Origin: Promethearchaeota archaeon
Lineage (GTDB): Archaea; Asgardarchaeota; Lokiarchaeia; Sigyniarchaeales; SOKP01
Assembly (NCBI GenBank): GCA_048940445.1
Contig: JBHLON010000028.1
Location: 1-48,509 of the forward strand
DNA length: 48,509 nt
Reading direction: 5' to 3'
Position numbers and translations under genes: made by a program. How positions within the stretch are numbered: position 1 is the stretch's first letter; each line of letters begins with the position of its first letter. Below, in pieces: positions 1 to 10,353 of the stretch. The notes under the pieces are model-generated. The model made no database searches. It was not told where the DNA came from and was given only the letters and a program-made list of their open reading frames with translations.

Positions 1-1269
1 AAGTCTCATTTAACTGGTGAAATTATTAATCGGTTTACTCATATTCACCAATCTAAAGAAGACTTAATTAAAAAAGTTAAGATGCAGAGATTATTGGGAC
101 AACACACTGCTTGCTGTTTCCAAAGATGCGTTGGATTTGATGCTGCTAATGCGCTTTATAGTGTTACATACGAGATAGATAAAAAGTGTGGAACAAATTA
201 TCATGAACGTTTTAAAAAGTATTGGATCGAAGTTCAGAACCAAGATTTAATGGTGGATGGAGCTATGACAGATACAAAAGGAGATAGAAGCAAAAGACCT
301 AAAGATCAACCAGATCCTGATGCATATTTACATATTGTTGACGAAAATGATAAGGGGATAGTAGTAAGAGGAGCTAAAGTTCATCAGACAGGATTTCTTA
401 ATTCTCATCGAGCTATTATTATGCCTACACTTTCATTAAGAGCCGGCGAAGAAGAATATGCTATCAGTTTCGGGATTGATACAAATGAAAAGGGAATTAC
501 AATGATATACGGGAGACAATCTTGTGACACTCGAAAGTTAGAAGAAGGCAAATTAGATATTGGAAACTTTAAGTATGGTGGTCAAGAATTATTCGTTGTT
601 TTTGATGATGTTTTTGTACCTAAAGAGAATATCTTTATGAAGGGAGAAACTGAATTCTCTGGAGAATTAGTCAACCGATTTGCTGGATTTCATAGACAAT
701 CTTATGGTGGCTGCAAAGTCGGAGTGGGCGATGTTTTAATCGGAGCAACTGCATTAATATCGGAATATAATGGAACTGAAAATGCTTCACATATAAAAGA
801 TAAGTTAGTAGAAATGACCCATCTCAATGAAACCCTATTTAGCTGTGGTATTGCTTGCAGTTCATTAGGTTTTCAGAGAGAAGCAGGTAATTATGAAATG
901 GATATGCTGCTAGCAAATGTTTGTAAACAGAATGTTACGCGATTCCCATATGAAATTGGAAGACTAGCCGAAGACATTGCTGGCGGTATAATTTGTACGA
1001 TGCCTTCAGAAACAGATCTTAAATCTAAAGAAATTGGTTCATTAATTGAAAAATATTTAACAACGTGTGAAGGCATTTGTGCTGATGACCGATACAAAGT
1101 CTTGCGTTTTATCGAAAATCTGACAATGGGAGTAGCATCAGTTAGTTATAGAACAGAAAGTATGCATGGAGCTGGTTCACCTCAAGCCCAGAGAATCATG
1201 ATTTCACGACAAGCAAATTTAGAAGAAAAAAAGAAGCTAGTTAAAGAGATTCTTGAGATTAAAGAATAA
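1..1269 (+). CDS. abfD: 4-hydroxybutyryl-CoA dehydratase / vinylacetyl-CoA isomerase (5'-truncated by window edge)
   Basis: The frame is open from base 1 (KSHLTGEIINRFTHIHQS...). It has the [4Fe-4S] motifs CFQRC and HRQSYGGC, plus GGQE and the C-terminal YRTESMHGAGSPQAQR typical of clostridial-type AbfD. Confidence 0.92.
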   Translation, partial: KSHLTGEIINRFTHIHQSKEDLIKKVKMQRLLGQHTACCFQRCVGFDAANALYSVTYEIDKKCGTNYHERFKKYWIEVQNQDLMVDGAMTDTKGDRSKRPKDQPDPDAYLHIVDENDKGIVVRGAKVHQTGFLNSHRAIIMPTLSLRAGEEEYAISFGIDTNEKGITMIYGRQSCDTRKLEEGKLDIGNFKYGGQELFVVFDDVFVPKENIFMKGETEFSGELVNRFAGFHRQSYGGCKVGVGDVLIGATALISEYNGTENASHIKDKLVEMTHLNETLFSCGIACSSLGFQREAGNYEMDMLLANVCKQNVTRFPYEIGRLAEDIAGGIICTMPSETDLKSKEIGSLIEKYLTTCEGICADDRYKVLRFIENLTMGVASVSYRTESMHGAGSPQAQRIMISRQANLEEKKKLVKEILEIKE

Positions 1270-1286
1270 GTTCTAAATGAAATAAT

Positions 1287-2966
1287 TCACTTTGATTTAT
1301 TAAAGGATACACACGCTTTAATAAAATCTGTATAAATTGGGGAAGGTTTATACGGTCTTGATTTAAATTCTGGATGAAATTGAGTCCCGACAATCCAATG
1401 ATCTTTACGATTTAATTCAATACTATTAATTATTTTACCTGTTTTGTCTCTACTTGAGACTATCATTCCTCTTTGTTTGGCTTCTTCAGTTATAAATCTC
1501 TCTATTATATGATATCTATGTCTAAATCTCTCAAATATTTCTTTTTGTTTATAGGCATTAAATAGTCTAGTATTAGGTTCAACTATTATCTTTTGAGCTC
1601 CTAATCTCATAGTTCCACCTTTTTCAGATATTTGTTTCTGACTTTCTAAAAGATCAACAACGGGATATGGAGTATTGGGATTTATTTCCGTTGAATTTGC
1701 ATCCTTTAATCCCAAATATTTTCTACAGAATGCTACATAAAATAATTGAGCACCAAAACAAATACCTAAGAAAGGAATCTTCTTTTCCATAGCAAATTCA
1801 GCAGAATGAATCATGCCTTCAACTGCTCGTTCTCCGAAGCCTGGTGTTAATAAAATGCCGTTACAATCCTCTAATTCTTTTTCGAGGTTAGTCTTTTCAG
1901 TAATATTAATCATTTTCAACTCAACTTTATATCCTTGATGAGCAGCAGCATGTTCTAAAGCGTTATTTATAGAAATATATGAATCGGAGATATTGAAATA
2001 TTTCCCTGGCATACCAATTTTTATAGTTTTAGTTGCCTTCTTATATATCTCTACCATTTTAACCCATTCAGAATAATTACTAACTTCACTATATTTGACT
2101 AATTTTGCCTTCAAATCAATTAGTTCACATATAATATCCCCTAAGCCTTGCTCTTCAAATAACAATGGTAATTCATATATGATTTCTAGATCAGGATTAG
2201 AAATCACTGCATTTTCGGGTATGTTAGAATATAACGATATTTTTCTTCGAATATCATCATCTAGAGGTTTCTCACTTCGGCCAATAATAATATCTGGTTG
2301 CAATCCCATACTTTGAAGCATCTTTACTGAATGTTGAGTAGGTTTTGACTTCTGTTGTCCAACTGCTGAGGAATAAGGAACGAGAGTCACATGTACAAAA
2401 GCAGTGTGTTTAGGGTATTCAAGTTTAAGCTGACGGAATGCTTCTAAAAATATACTTGACTCTAAATCACCAACAGTTCCTCCACATTCAATCAGTAATA
2501 CATCTAATTCTTCAGTCTCAGCTATCTCCATTAACCTTTGCTTGATTATATCTGTTACGTGAGGAATTAATTGGACTGTTTTTCCTAAAAATTTACCTTT
2601 TCTTTCACCTAAGATTGTCGATAAATAAATTTGACCTGAAGTTATATTATGTGAAGGATGCATTTCAATACCTAAGATTCTAGAGTACGTTCCAAAATCT
2701 TGATCTATTTCAGAAATTCTATAACTTCGTTCATTTGATTCAAATACTGGCTTGAATTGCCATACATCTTCAGTAATGAAACACTCTCCATGTTCAATTG
2801 GATTTAAAGTCCCAGGATCGACGTTCAGATATGGATCAATTTTTACTACCGAGACTTTAAAACCTCGAAATTGAAGAACTTTTCCTATACTCGCTGTTAC
2901 TACTCCTTTTCCAATGCCAGACATGACACCCCCTGTAACAAATACAAATTTGCAGTGCTCGTTCAT
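1287..2966 (-). CDS. pyrG: CTP synthase
   Basis: FVFVTGGVMSGIGKG, KIDPYLNVDPGT, GGTVGDLES and KSKPTQHSV motifs; glutaminase triad GICFG...HPEF. Confidence 0.97.
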   Translation of the reverse strand: MNEHCKFVFVTGGVMSGIGKGVVTASIGKVLQFRGFKVSVVKIDPYLNVDPGTLNPIEHGECFITEDVWQFKPVFESNERSYRISEIDQDFGTYSRILGIEMHPSHNITSGQIYLSTILGERKGKFLGKTVQLIPHVTDIIKQRLMEIAETEELDVLLIECGGTVGDLESSIFLEAFRQLKLEYPKHTAFVHVTLVPYSSAVGQQKSKPTQHSVKMLQSMGLQPDIIIGRSEKPLDDDIRRKISLYSNIPENAVISNPDLEIIYELPLLFEEQGLGDIICELIDLKAKLVKYSEVSNYSEWVKMVEIYKKATKTIKIGMPGKYFNISDSYISINNALEHAAAHQGYKVELKMINITEKTNLEKELEDCNGILLTPGFGERAVEGMIHSAEFAMEKKIPFLGICFGAQLFYVAFCRKYLGLKDANSTEINPNTPYPVVDLLESQKQISEKGGTMRLGAQKIIVEPNTRLFNAYKQKEIFERFRHRYHIIERFITEEAKQRGMIVSSRDKTGKIINSIELNRKDHWIVGTQFHPEFKSRPYKPSPIYTDFIKACVSFNKSK

Positions 2967-3087
2967 GTTCTTAACCTTTAATGCTCATAAAACCTTTTTT
3001 TCAAATTCTCATAATAAAAATATTAATTATCAACCACATTTAATAAGGGTTTCGAGAGGTTAAAAAATTCTATTATTAATTTTATAT

Positions 3088-3906
3088 TTATTTACCTTTA
3101 AATACCGGTTCTCTTTTTTGGCCTAGCGCTTTCAGTGATTCTCGAAAATCATGAGTTTTCAGAAGACTTCTTAAACCTTCATTTTCTAAATCTAAAGTAT
3201 TAGACAAAATTTCCTTAAAGTACTCATGTATTGTTTTTTTCATCAACTGTATTGACAAGCTTGGTCCTTTAGGAGGAACCAATTTTAATGCCTGTTCTCT
3301 CGCAAATGACATTAATTTATCTTTAGGAATCACTCTATTAATTAAGCCAAGTTCTAAAGCCTCTTGAGCAGTAATTTTTTTCCCAAAATAGAGTAATTCT
3401 TTAGCTTTTTGAAATCCAATATATAGTGGTAATACAAAGTGGGCTGCAAATTCTGCCATTACAGCGCGTTTTGCGAAATAAAATCCAATCCATGCATCTT
3501 CTGCCATATAAATTAAATCAGCACCAGCTAGGGGCATTGTGAATCCCGCTCCAACCGCTAAACCGTTAATAGCAGCAATAATTGGTTTTGAGAAATTCCA
3601 CATATGCATACATAATTTCTTTTGGGCAATATCTTCCAAATCTATATCCTTCATTACATCTTGTGGAACTTTGGTGAGCAAGTTCATATTAAAATAACCT
3701 CCCGAAGAAAATGAATCTCCTTTTCCAGTTATTATTAACACTCTCGCATTTTTATCACTTTCCATATCATCTAAGATTGTAACTAATTCTAAAAAAGTTA
3801 CAAATGACATTGCATTTTTCCTTTCTGGAATGTTTAAACTTGCAGTGCAAATCCCATTTTCTTCCTTTTCATATATTATATCGTGTATATCATCCAATTT
3901 CATCAT
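3088..3906 (-). CDS. Enoyl-CoA hydratase/isomerase (crotonase) family protein
   Basis: FSSGG, KPIIAAINGLAVGAG and ITAQEALELGLINRV motifs; C-terminal KREPVFKGK. Confidence 0.9.
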   Translation of the reverse strand: MMKLDDIHDIIYEKEENGICTASLNIPERKNAMSFVTFLELVTILDDMESDKNARVLIITGKGDSFSSGGYFNMNLLTKVPQDVMKDIDLEDIAQKKLCMHMWNFSKPIIAAINGLAVGAGFTMPLAGADLIYMAEDAWIGFYFAKRAVMAEFAAHFVLPLYIGFQKAKELLYFGKKITAQEALELGLINRVIPKDKLMSFAREQALKLVPPKGPSLSIQLMKKTIHEYFKEILSNTLDLENEGLRSLLKTHDFRESLKALGQKREPVFKGK

Positions 3907-3914
3907 TCTAACCT

Positions 3915-4820
3915 CTATCTGTAATCATCAATATTGATTCCATATTTTAAAAAATGTTTTTTCGTGATTTCTTCTTGATTTTTATTAAGATCCTTCAAAA
4001 CTTGTTCAAAGTGGAGTTGATTTGTTCCTTTTAGAGTTAAGATACCTAATACTGCTTTACTATCATATATATAAAGTTGATTTTTTTTAATACCCTGAAT
4101 ATATTTCTTTACGGCTCGATCAGGAAGAATTGCCTTACTTTGCATGTCTTTCAAGAGAGATTTTGAAATTTCTCTTAATTTTTCTTCCCCAACATCATCG
4201 ATAATTTCTTGAGAATGTTTAACTTTACAGCTTTCAAAGATCTTAGTTCGGACATATAAAGGTAAAATAACAGAAACCTTGATTCCATAACTGTGAAGTT
4301 GCCCAAATAGCGCTTCCGACAATCCAACTACTGCAAATTTAGAGGCAATATAAGGAAGTGGTTCTGTGGCCCCAATTATTCCTGCTGCCGATGCAACATT
4401 AACAATGTGACCATTCCTGCGGTTAATCATTTTTGGCAGAAATACCTTTAAAGAATGAATGATACTCCATAAATTGACATCTAATAAATCTTTCCAATCA
4501 TCTAAGGTAATTTCGAAAAGACTCCCTCCTATAACGATTCCCGCGTTATTGATTAGAAGGTCTAAATCTCCTAATGTTGAATCAAATTTTTCAGCTACAT
4601 TTTGAAACTCTTCAATTTTTGTTACATCACATTTAGCAGAATAAACTTGAACGCTAAAACTTTCTACTTCATTTTTCACTTCTTCAAGGTTCTCCATATC
4701 AATATCAGTAATAAATAAATTCATGCCTTCTTCCGCTAATGCTAATGCAAAGGCTTTCCCTATCCCATTAGCTGCTCCAGTTATTAAACAATTTTTTTTG
4801 CTTAGATTTTTCATATCCAT
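3915..4820 (-). CDS. Short-chain dehydrogenase/reductase (SDR)
   Basis: TGAANGIG, NNAG and catalytic S...YIASK motifs. Confidence 0.92.
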   Translation of the reverse strand: MDMKNLSKKNCLITGAANGIGKAFALALAEEGMNLFITDIDMENLEEVKNEVESFSVQVYSAKCDVTKIEEFQNVAEKFDSTLGDLDLLINNAGIVIGGSLFEITLDDWKDLLDVNLWSIIHSLKVFLPKMINRRNGHIVNVASAAGIIGATEPLPYIASKFAVVGLSEALFGQLHSYGIKVSVILPLYVRTKIFESCKVKHSQEIIDDVGEEKLREISKSLLKDMQSKAILPDRAVKKYIQGIKKNQLYIYDSKAVLGILTLKGTNQLHFEQVLKDLNKNQEEITKKHFLKYGINIDDYR

Positions 4821-4890
4821 ATCACTTAATTTTATGAGATAATTACAAAAAAATAATATATTGAGTTTAATGTTTAAAGTAATTTAACAA

Positions 4891-6624
4891 CTAGGTTCTT
4901 GAATAGGTTTCTAAAATTTGTGATTTTCGTTGTCTTATACTGTCAAAATCGTAATCTTGTTCGAAGAAAAAGTCAAAAGGGTCTTTAATATCTTCCATTA
5001 ATGGTTTTGAATAGAAATTTTCATATAAATATTCACCTTTTTTAGTTAATCTAATCCCTTTATCATCTCTCTCATCTAAGATACTATTATTTGCTAAATC
5101 TTTAATCACAGAATCAATACCGTTTTCTTTGAACATATAGAGACCAAAATAAGATAAGTCAGTATAAATTTCTTCCCCTTTCTTTAAAGAGATTTGAAAT
5201 TCTTCATTAAGTTCCTTTAATGTGAATGCTTTTTGTGGTTGATCAATTAAAATTAAGAGAATCCACTTAATGACAAATTCTTTAAAATTTTCTTCATATG
5301 GCATTTGGAATTTCTCAAATTCTATTTCTTCTTCCTTTCCTACAATAAATTCAACAATAATTTGGATAATCTCTCTAAAAATGTATACACCAACTACTAA
5401 TGCGATAATAGGATCAAAATAATAAAGAAATGGGAGCCCTTGAGACCTTCCAAATTCAGAAAGAAGAGTACCTAAAATAACACCAACTGAAATAAAAATG
5501 TTAATTTTTGAATCTATAGCACTTGCAACTAATGATGAGTTTCTATTTTTTTTTCCAACAAAATTTTTCAATGCACGTAAATAAGTATTTAAAAAGATAG
5601 ATAAAATGGCAATAATCACTATAATTTGTGGAATTTCAACTGATTTTGGACCATTTATTAAAGAAAAAATCGATTCATAAAGGATTGTCCCAGAACCGAA
5701 AAACATTAAGATTACTAGAATTATGTTAACTAATTTTTCTTTTTTGTATTTTATACCTACACCTATTAATAAAACGGCTATTACATCTAGAAAATTCTCA
5801 ATACCATCCGCTCGAAGTGACTCTGAACTAAAAGTTCCAATAATAATTTTTAAAACGCTAAGACTTAATAATCCAATAAATGATCTAATTAAAATTCCAC
5901 TACTATTTAAAATCTTATTGTATCTCTTAATTTGCCTATCGAAAGTCTCATTCCACAATCTTAGTTCTTGTACTCCCTTTTTATTTATGGACACTATGTA
6001 ATCTTGGTTAATATCGGCCAATCGAATACCACATAAATGATATATTGAAGAATTTGCTGTGTCATCGTTAAAATAAAATTCTGGTATAAAAATGTTTAAT
6101 ACTCCTTTAATGAGGCTTTTTAATTTGGTAAATTTCATATTATTCTCTTGGCTGAGATACTTTAGAGCAGCATATTCTATTCTATTTATTGGAAATAAAT
6201 CCGCTTTTCTTCTATGGGAAGCAACTGCTGCAATTCTAATAATAGAATTGATGGATACTAATGTCAGAATAATTATCATTGTTATCAGTATAAAGCTCGC
6301 AATTGGTCCATATCCGATATATTCATTATAAGCTAAATAATGAGATATAAAATAAATTTGAACATATATAAATATTAGACCAAACAATATCCATGGTGTT
6401 AACAGATTCCTAACAACTTTTTTTACATGGAACTGTTTAAAGAATTCATTAATGCCTTTTCTTAAATAAGGCGCAATAAAAAATGCTCCTAAATAAGTTA
6501 TAATAAAGCTCCATTGAAAACTGCCGGTTAATAAGATTTCTATAACTGATGACGTAAAAGAAATAATTAGATATAAAAGAAGTACTTTTTTATAATTTAA
6601 TTCCCAAAGCATTCTAAGGCCCAT
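4891..6624 (-). CDS. Cation diffusion facilitator (CDF)-type transporter with extra N-terminal TM bundle and two winged-helix-like domains
   Basis: CDF core S-E-S-L-R-A-D-G..., SSLVASAIDS and YYFDPIIALVVG; four N-terminal hydrophobic segments; soluble segments ending SINKKG and IRLTKKG. Confidence 0.7.
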   Translation of the reverse strand: MGLRMLWELNYKKVLLLYLIISFTSSVIEILLTGSFQWSFIITYLGAFFIAPYLRKGINEFFKQFHVKKVVRNLLTPWILFGLIFIYVQIYFISHYLAYNEYIGYGPIASFILITMIIILTLVSINSIIRIAAVASHRRKADLFPINRIEYAALKYLSQENNMKFTKLKSLIKGVLNIFIPEFYFNDDTANSSIYHLCGIRLADINQDYIVSINKKGVQELRLWNETFDRQIKRYNKILNSSGILIRSFIGLLSLSVLKIIIGTFSSESLRADGIENFLDVIAVLLIGVGIKYKKEKLVNIILVILMFFGSGTILYESIFSLINGPKSVEIPQIIVIIAILSIFLNTYLRALKNFVGKKNRNSSLVASAIDSKINIFISVGVILGTLLSEFGRSQGLPFLYYFDPIIALVVGVYIFREIIQIIVEFIVGKEEEIEFEKFQMPYEENFKEFVIKWILLILIDQPQKAFTLKELNEEFQISLKKGEEIYTDLSYFGLYMFKENGIDSVIKDLANNSILDERDDKGIRLTKKGEYLYENFYSKPLMEDIKDPFDFFFEQDYDFDSIRQRKSQILETYSRT

Positions 6625-6743
6625 AACCTTTTTCTAAATAAAAGAATTGAATTAAACTGTATAAATTAGATAATCGAATTATGAATATATATTCTTTCTA
6701 ATATTAAGAAGAAAAAATGAAAAAGTTGATTTTTAAAACAAAG

Positions 6744-8024
6744 TCATATTGCCTTGAATAATGCTCTTAAAGCATAACTCATAACATATTGCATAATCTG
6801 GCGTGTTCCTCCTCCAATTTCTTGAATTCTAGTGATTCCTAATAAATCTTGCATTAAAGTGTTATCACAAACTCCTGCACCACCCATAAGATTAGCACAT
6901 TCATAAGCAACGCGTTCACATAATTTAGCACTGACACTTTTTAATTGAGCAGCTGTAGCTCCAAGAGCCAGATTAAATTCCTTTGGAAGAGTGCCATGTT
7001 CTTTCATTTTATTATCAATCATCTGAGTTACATTCAATGCAGCTAGAGTCAAATTCATCGTTTCAGCCCATAAATCTGCTAAGGGAAACCCAACTCCTTG
7101 ATATTTTAAAATTACTTCATCAAATTGTTTTCTCATATTCACATAAATGAATGCATGAGTGATAGCATTCCATGCTTGAGCAGTATTAAGACAAACGATA
7201 CCCAATCGTTCTAAATTTAATCCTTCAAATAAATGAGATCTTCCATCTCCAGGTTTACCCAAAACGCAATCGGCTGGTACTCTAAGATTAGTAAAAGTTT
7301 CTTTACCAATATGTATTCTAGGAGTCCAAGGAATATTAACTCTTTCTGCCTTCCACCCTTTCCAAGAAGTATCAACTAGTAATTGTGCCATTGTATTTCC
7401 ATTATTTTTTTCAGTTACTGCATACATTACTGCCCAATCTGCCTTGGAACCGTTAGTTTGGTATATTTTTTCACCATTGACAATAAAACTTCCATCGTCT
7501 TGCTCTTCACAAGAAGTTAGCATATGTACTGCATCTGATCCTCTTTCTGGTTCAGTAATACAAATACAACCAACTTTTTCTCCTGATACCAATTCTTTTA
7601 ATGCTTTGAGTCGAATCTCAACATTTTCATTATGAAGTAATAATGGATTTATAGCCAAAACGCTGGCTCCCATCCCCATTGTGAGTTGAGGATCAAAAAA
7701 GTCAGTAGCAAGAGCTCTCATAAATTCCACAGTATGGCCATATGGTTCATAATTCAAGCCTAGATTTTCAAAATTATGTATACGAGTTACTAAGCCTTCT
7801 TTACCAAGTTCAGGAATCCACTGATAAAAATCTTCATTGTGGGTAATATTGTGCTTTCTTTCAAAATCTATAAAAAACTTTTGAGTTTGTTTAAGGAACT
7901 CAAAATGCTCCTTACTTAAATATGTCATTAGGTTATAATTCAAGAATTTATATCTATTTTTTAAAGAAAGTTTTTCAAGAATCTCATCATTAATGCATTG
8001 TACTACTCCTTTCTTATTTTCCAA
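6744..8024 (-). CDS. Acyl-CoA dehydrogenase
   Basis: CITEPERGSDA, VNGEKIYQTNG, RKQF, MGGAG and EIGGGT motifs; TTG start after an AGGTG SD. Confidence 0.93.
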   Translation of the reverse strand: MENKKGVVQCINDEILEKLSLKNRYKFLNYNLMTYLSKEHFEFLKQTQKFFIDFERKHNITHNEDFYQWIPELGKEGLVTRIHNFENLGLNYEPYGHTVEFMRALATDFFDPQLTMGMGASVLAINPLLLHNENVEIRLKALKELVSGEKVGCICITEPERGSDAVHMLTSCEEQDDGSFIVNGEKIYQTNGSKADWAVMYAVTEKNNGNTMAQLLVDTSWKGWKAERVNIPWTPRIHIGKETFTNLRVPADCVLGKPGDGRSHLFEGLNLERLGIVCLNTAQAWNAITHAFIYVNMRKQFDEVILKYQGVGFPLADLWAETMNLTLAALNVTQMIDNKMKEHGTLPKEFNLALGATAAQLKSVSAKLCERVAYECANLMGGAGVCDNTLMQDLLGITRIQEIGGGTRQIMQYVMSYALRALFKAI

Positions 8025-8067
8025 TTCATTTCACACCTTTTCTTTTATTAAGTTAATTAGTATGGTT

Positions 8068-8079
8068 ATAGTATACTAT
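8068..8079. promoter_or_regulatory. 12-bp perfect palindrome ATAGTATACTAT upstream of the acyl-CoA dehydrogenase; candidate operator
   Basis: Seen directly about 45 bp upstream of the start codon; function is inferred. Confidence 0.3.
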
Positions 8080-8146
8080 GAATTTCTTAATATACTTTTT
8101 TAAATCTTAATTCAAAAAAACGAGAAATAAAAAAATACGTAAGGAG

Positions 8147-9883
8147 TTATTTACTTGGTTGTTCTCTTAATGCCCGTTTTAAGACTTTTCCCACCGTAGT
8201 GAGGGGCAAAGTACCCCTAAATTCCCAAATCTTAGGATTCTCATACTTAGATAAATGATCTGCTGCATATTTCTTTAATTCATTTTTAATTGATTCTGAA
8301 GGCTGTACGCCCTCTTTGAGTTGGACTATTGCTTTAACAATTTCACTTCCTGGACGATCTGGATCGTTTAATCCAATGATCGCAACCATTTCGATGTCTG
8401 GATGCTTAGTAAGTATATCTTCTACATGAACGCTATATACTTTATATCCAGATACAATTAACATATCTTTAGTTCTATCTACTATAGTAATATATCCATC
8501 CTCATCCATAACACCTACATCTCCAGTATGAAACCATCCATCAATTATAGTTTTCGCATTAGCATCAGGTTTATTGTAATAGCCTCTAGTAACTTGAGGT
8601 CCTCTGCAGATTATTTCTCCTGGTTTTCCAAGTTCAACTTGTTCCCCGGTCTCAATGTCTACAAGTCGTATTTCTGTATCAGCAACTGGCAGCCCAACAG
8701 TTCCAATTTTTTTATTCCCATAATATGGATTTCCTGTAAGAATAGGAGATGTTTCAGTCATGCCATATACTTCCATTACTTTATTTTTGGCTTTCATAAC
8801 TTTTTCAAAGTCTCTGATTGCCTCTGCTGGAAATGGTGCTGCTCCAGATATGTATACATCGAGATTATTTAAAACGCTTTCGGGCACTTTATCTATTAGT
8901 GGATTGCTTTTCACAGATAAATACAGAGTTGGAACATTTACCATTAATTTTGGTTGCTTATCAATAATTTCTTCTATAATGTGTTTTGTATCCCTTGGAT
9001 TTACAATTAATATTTGTGGCGCAGAGATATAAAGGGTAGTCATGCTCATTTGTAGACCAGCAAGGTGAAACATAGGGAAAGCACTTAAGTGTATCCGTCC
9101 CTCTTCTGCTATATCAATACCTATCCAAGAAATAATTTGATGTATATTTGAAATTATATTAAAGTGAGTCAATTCAGTTCCTTTTGGTAAACCTGTAGTC
9201 CCACCAGTGTATTGAAGTAAAGCTAAATCCTTCTTTGTATCAATATCTATTTTTTTCATATCTGGTGTTATTTCTAATACCTGCCGAAAGTCTATCACTT
9301 GTTTTCCTGGAAATGACTTGACTCTGCCTTTTGGGATTTTACCTATTAGTTTAGCAATCGAAACTAAAAGTTTTCCTAGTCCCATATAATCAGAAACATT
9401 AGTTGTGATGATAAATCTTAACTTGGGGACTTTAACTAATATATTAAATAATTTCTTTTCATAAATCGCATCAAGAGTAACAAAAAATTTTGACTCACTA
9501 TCGTTAATCTGGTAAGCTAATTCAGTAGAACTGAGAAGAGGTGAACATCCAGAAGCAACACCTCCAGCTAGTATCGTTCCAAAGTGGGCTATCATATATT
9601 GAGGACAATTTGGTAGGTTAATTGCAACGCGATCTCCTTTTTGTAAACCACTCTGCTGCAAAAAAGTTGCAAATCGGTAAACTTTATTTCTAAGTTCTTC
9701 AAATTTTATATTTTTTTTCATAAAATAACATGCAATCCGGTTAGGGAACCTTTTCATTGCTTTATCAAACAGCTTACCAAGGCTCTCATTTGGATAATCT
9801 AATGTATGAGGGACATGTTTATCATAAGATTTTAACCAGATTTTTTCATCATATGGACTTTTTTGAGTTTGTATATTAATCAC
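8147..9883 (-). CDS. fadD: Long-chain-fatty-acid--CoA ligase (AMP-binding enzyme)
   Basis: YTGGTTGLPKG, YGMTETSP, GWFHTGD, DRTKDM and VGKVLK motifs. The start is uncertain because the GTG overlaps the SD-like GGGTGA. Confidence 0.92.
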   Translation of the reverse strand: MINIQTQKSPYDEKIWLKSYDKHVPHTLDYPNESLGKLFDKAMKRFPNRIACYFMKKNIKFEELRNKVYRFATFLQQSGLQKGDRVAINLPNCPQYMIAHFGTILAGGVASGCSPLLSSTELAYQINDSESKFFVTLDAIYEKKLFNILVKVPKLRFIITTNVSDYMGLGKLLVSIAKLIGKIPKGRVKSFPGKQVIDFRQVLEITPDMKKIDIDTKKDLALLQYTGGTTGLPKGTELTHFNIISNIHQIISWIGIDIAEEGRIHLSAFPMFHLAGLQMSMTTLYISAPQILIVNPRDTKHIIEEIIDKQPKLMVNVPTLYLSVKSNPLIDKVPESVLNNLDVYISGAAPFPAEAIRDFEKVMKAKNKVMEVYGMTETSPILTGNPYYGNKKIGTVGLPVADTEIRLVDIETGEQVELGKPGEIICRGPQVTRGYYNKPDANAKTIIDGWFHTGDVGVMDEDGYITIVDRTKDMLIVSGYKVYSVHVEDILTKHPDIEMVAIIGLNDPDRPGSEIVKAIVQLKEGVQPSESIKNELKKYAADHLSKYENPKIWEFRGTLPLTTVGKVLKRALREQPSK

Positions 9884-10053
9884 CCTTTTATAGAATAATG
9901 CTAATATTTAGAATATTAGTAAATGTCATTAATACTGATAGAAGAATTTATAAATTTTTTCTAAAGCTTTGAGGAATCTAATAAAAAACAGTGAGTTTAA
10001 TTTTCTTCTTCAGATAAATGTAAAATAAATATATTATAAAATTAAATCAAAGT

Positions 10054-10225
10054 TCAATCTATTTCTACTTGAATTTTAAGATCACTCTATAAACCAATAG
10101 AGAGGTTGTTAAAGGCTTTAGGCACCGGTCCAATTTTATTTTTTTAGTTATAATAGAGTCAATTTTTTGTCATTCTATTCTAATAATCTTAGTCCTGTTT
10201 TAAAGGTACCTTGACCAGCTAAATA
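10054..10225 (-). pseudogene. Decayed duplicate of the 3' end of the Zn-dependent dehydrogenase gene at 11827-12840
   Basis: Aligns codon by codon with 11827 to about 12000 and ends ...DLKIQVEID* in both. It carries two 1-nt deletions and two in-frame TAG codons. Confidence 0.85.
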
Positions 10226-10353
10226 TCTTTTCATTATTTTATTTCAAATTTTAAATTAAAAATAAGTTCTTTACACTTTCAAAAAGATTCATTTATAAGG
10301 AAATAATAATTCAGCTTTAACAAATTTTGATAATATATTATCATTTCTTGCTT

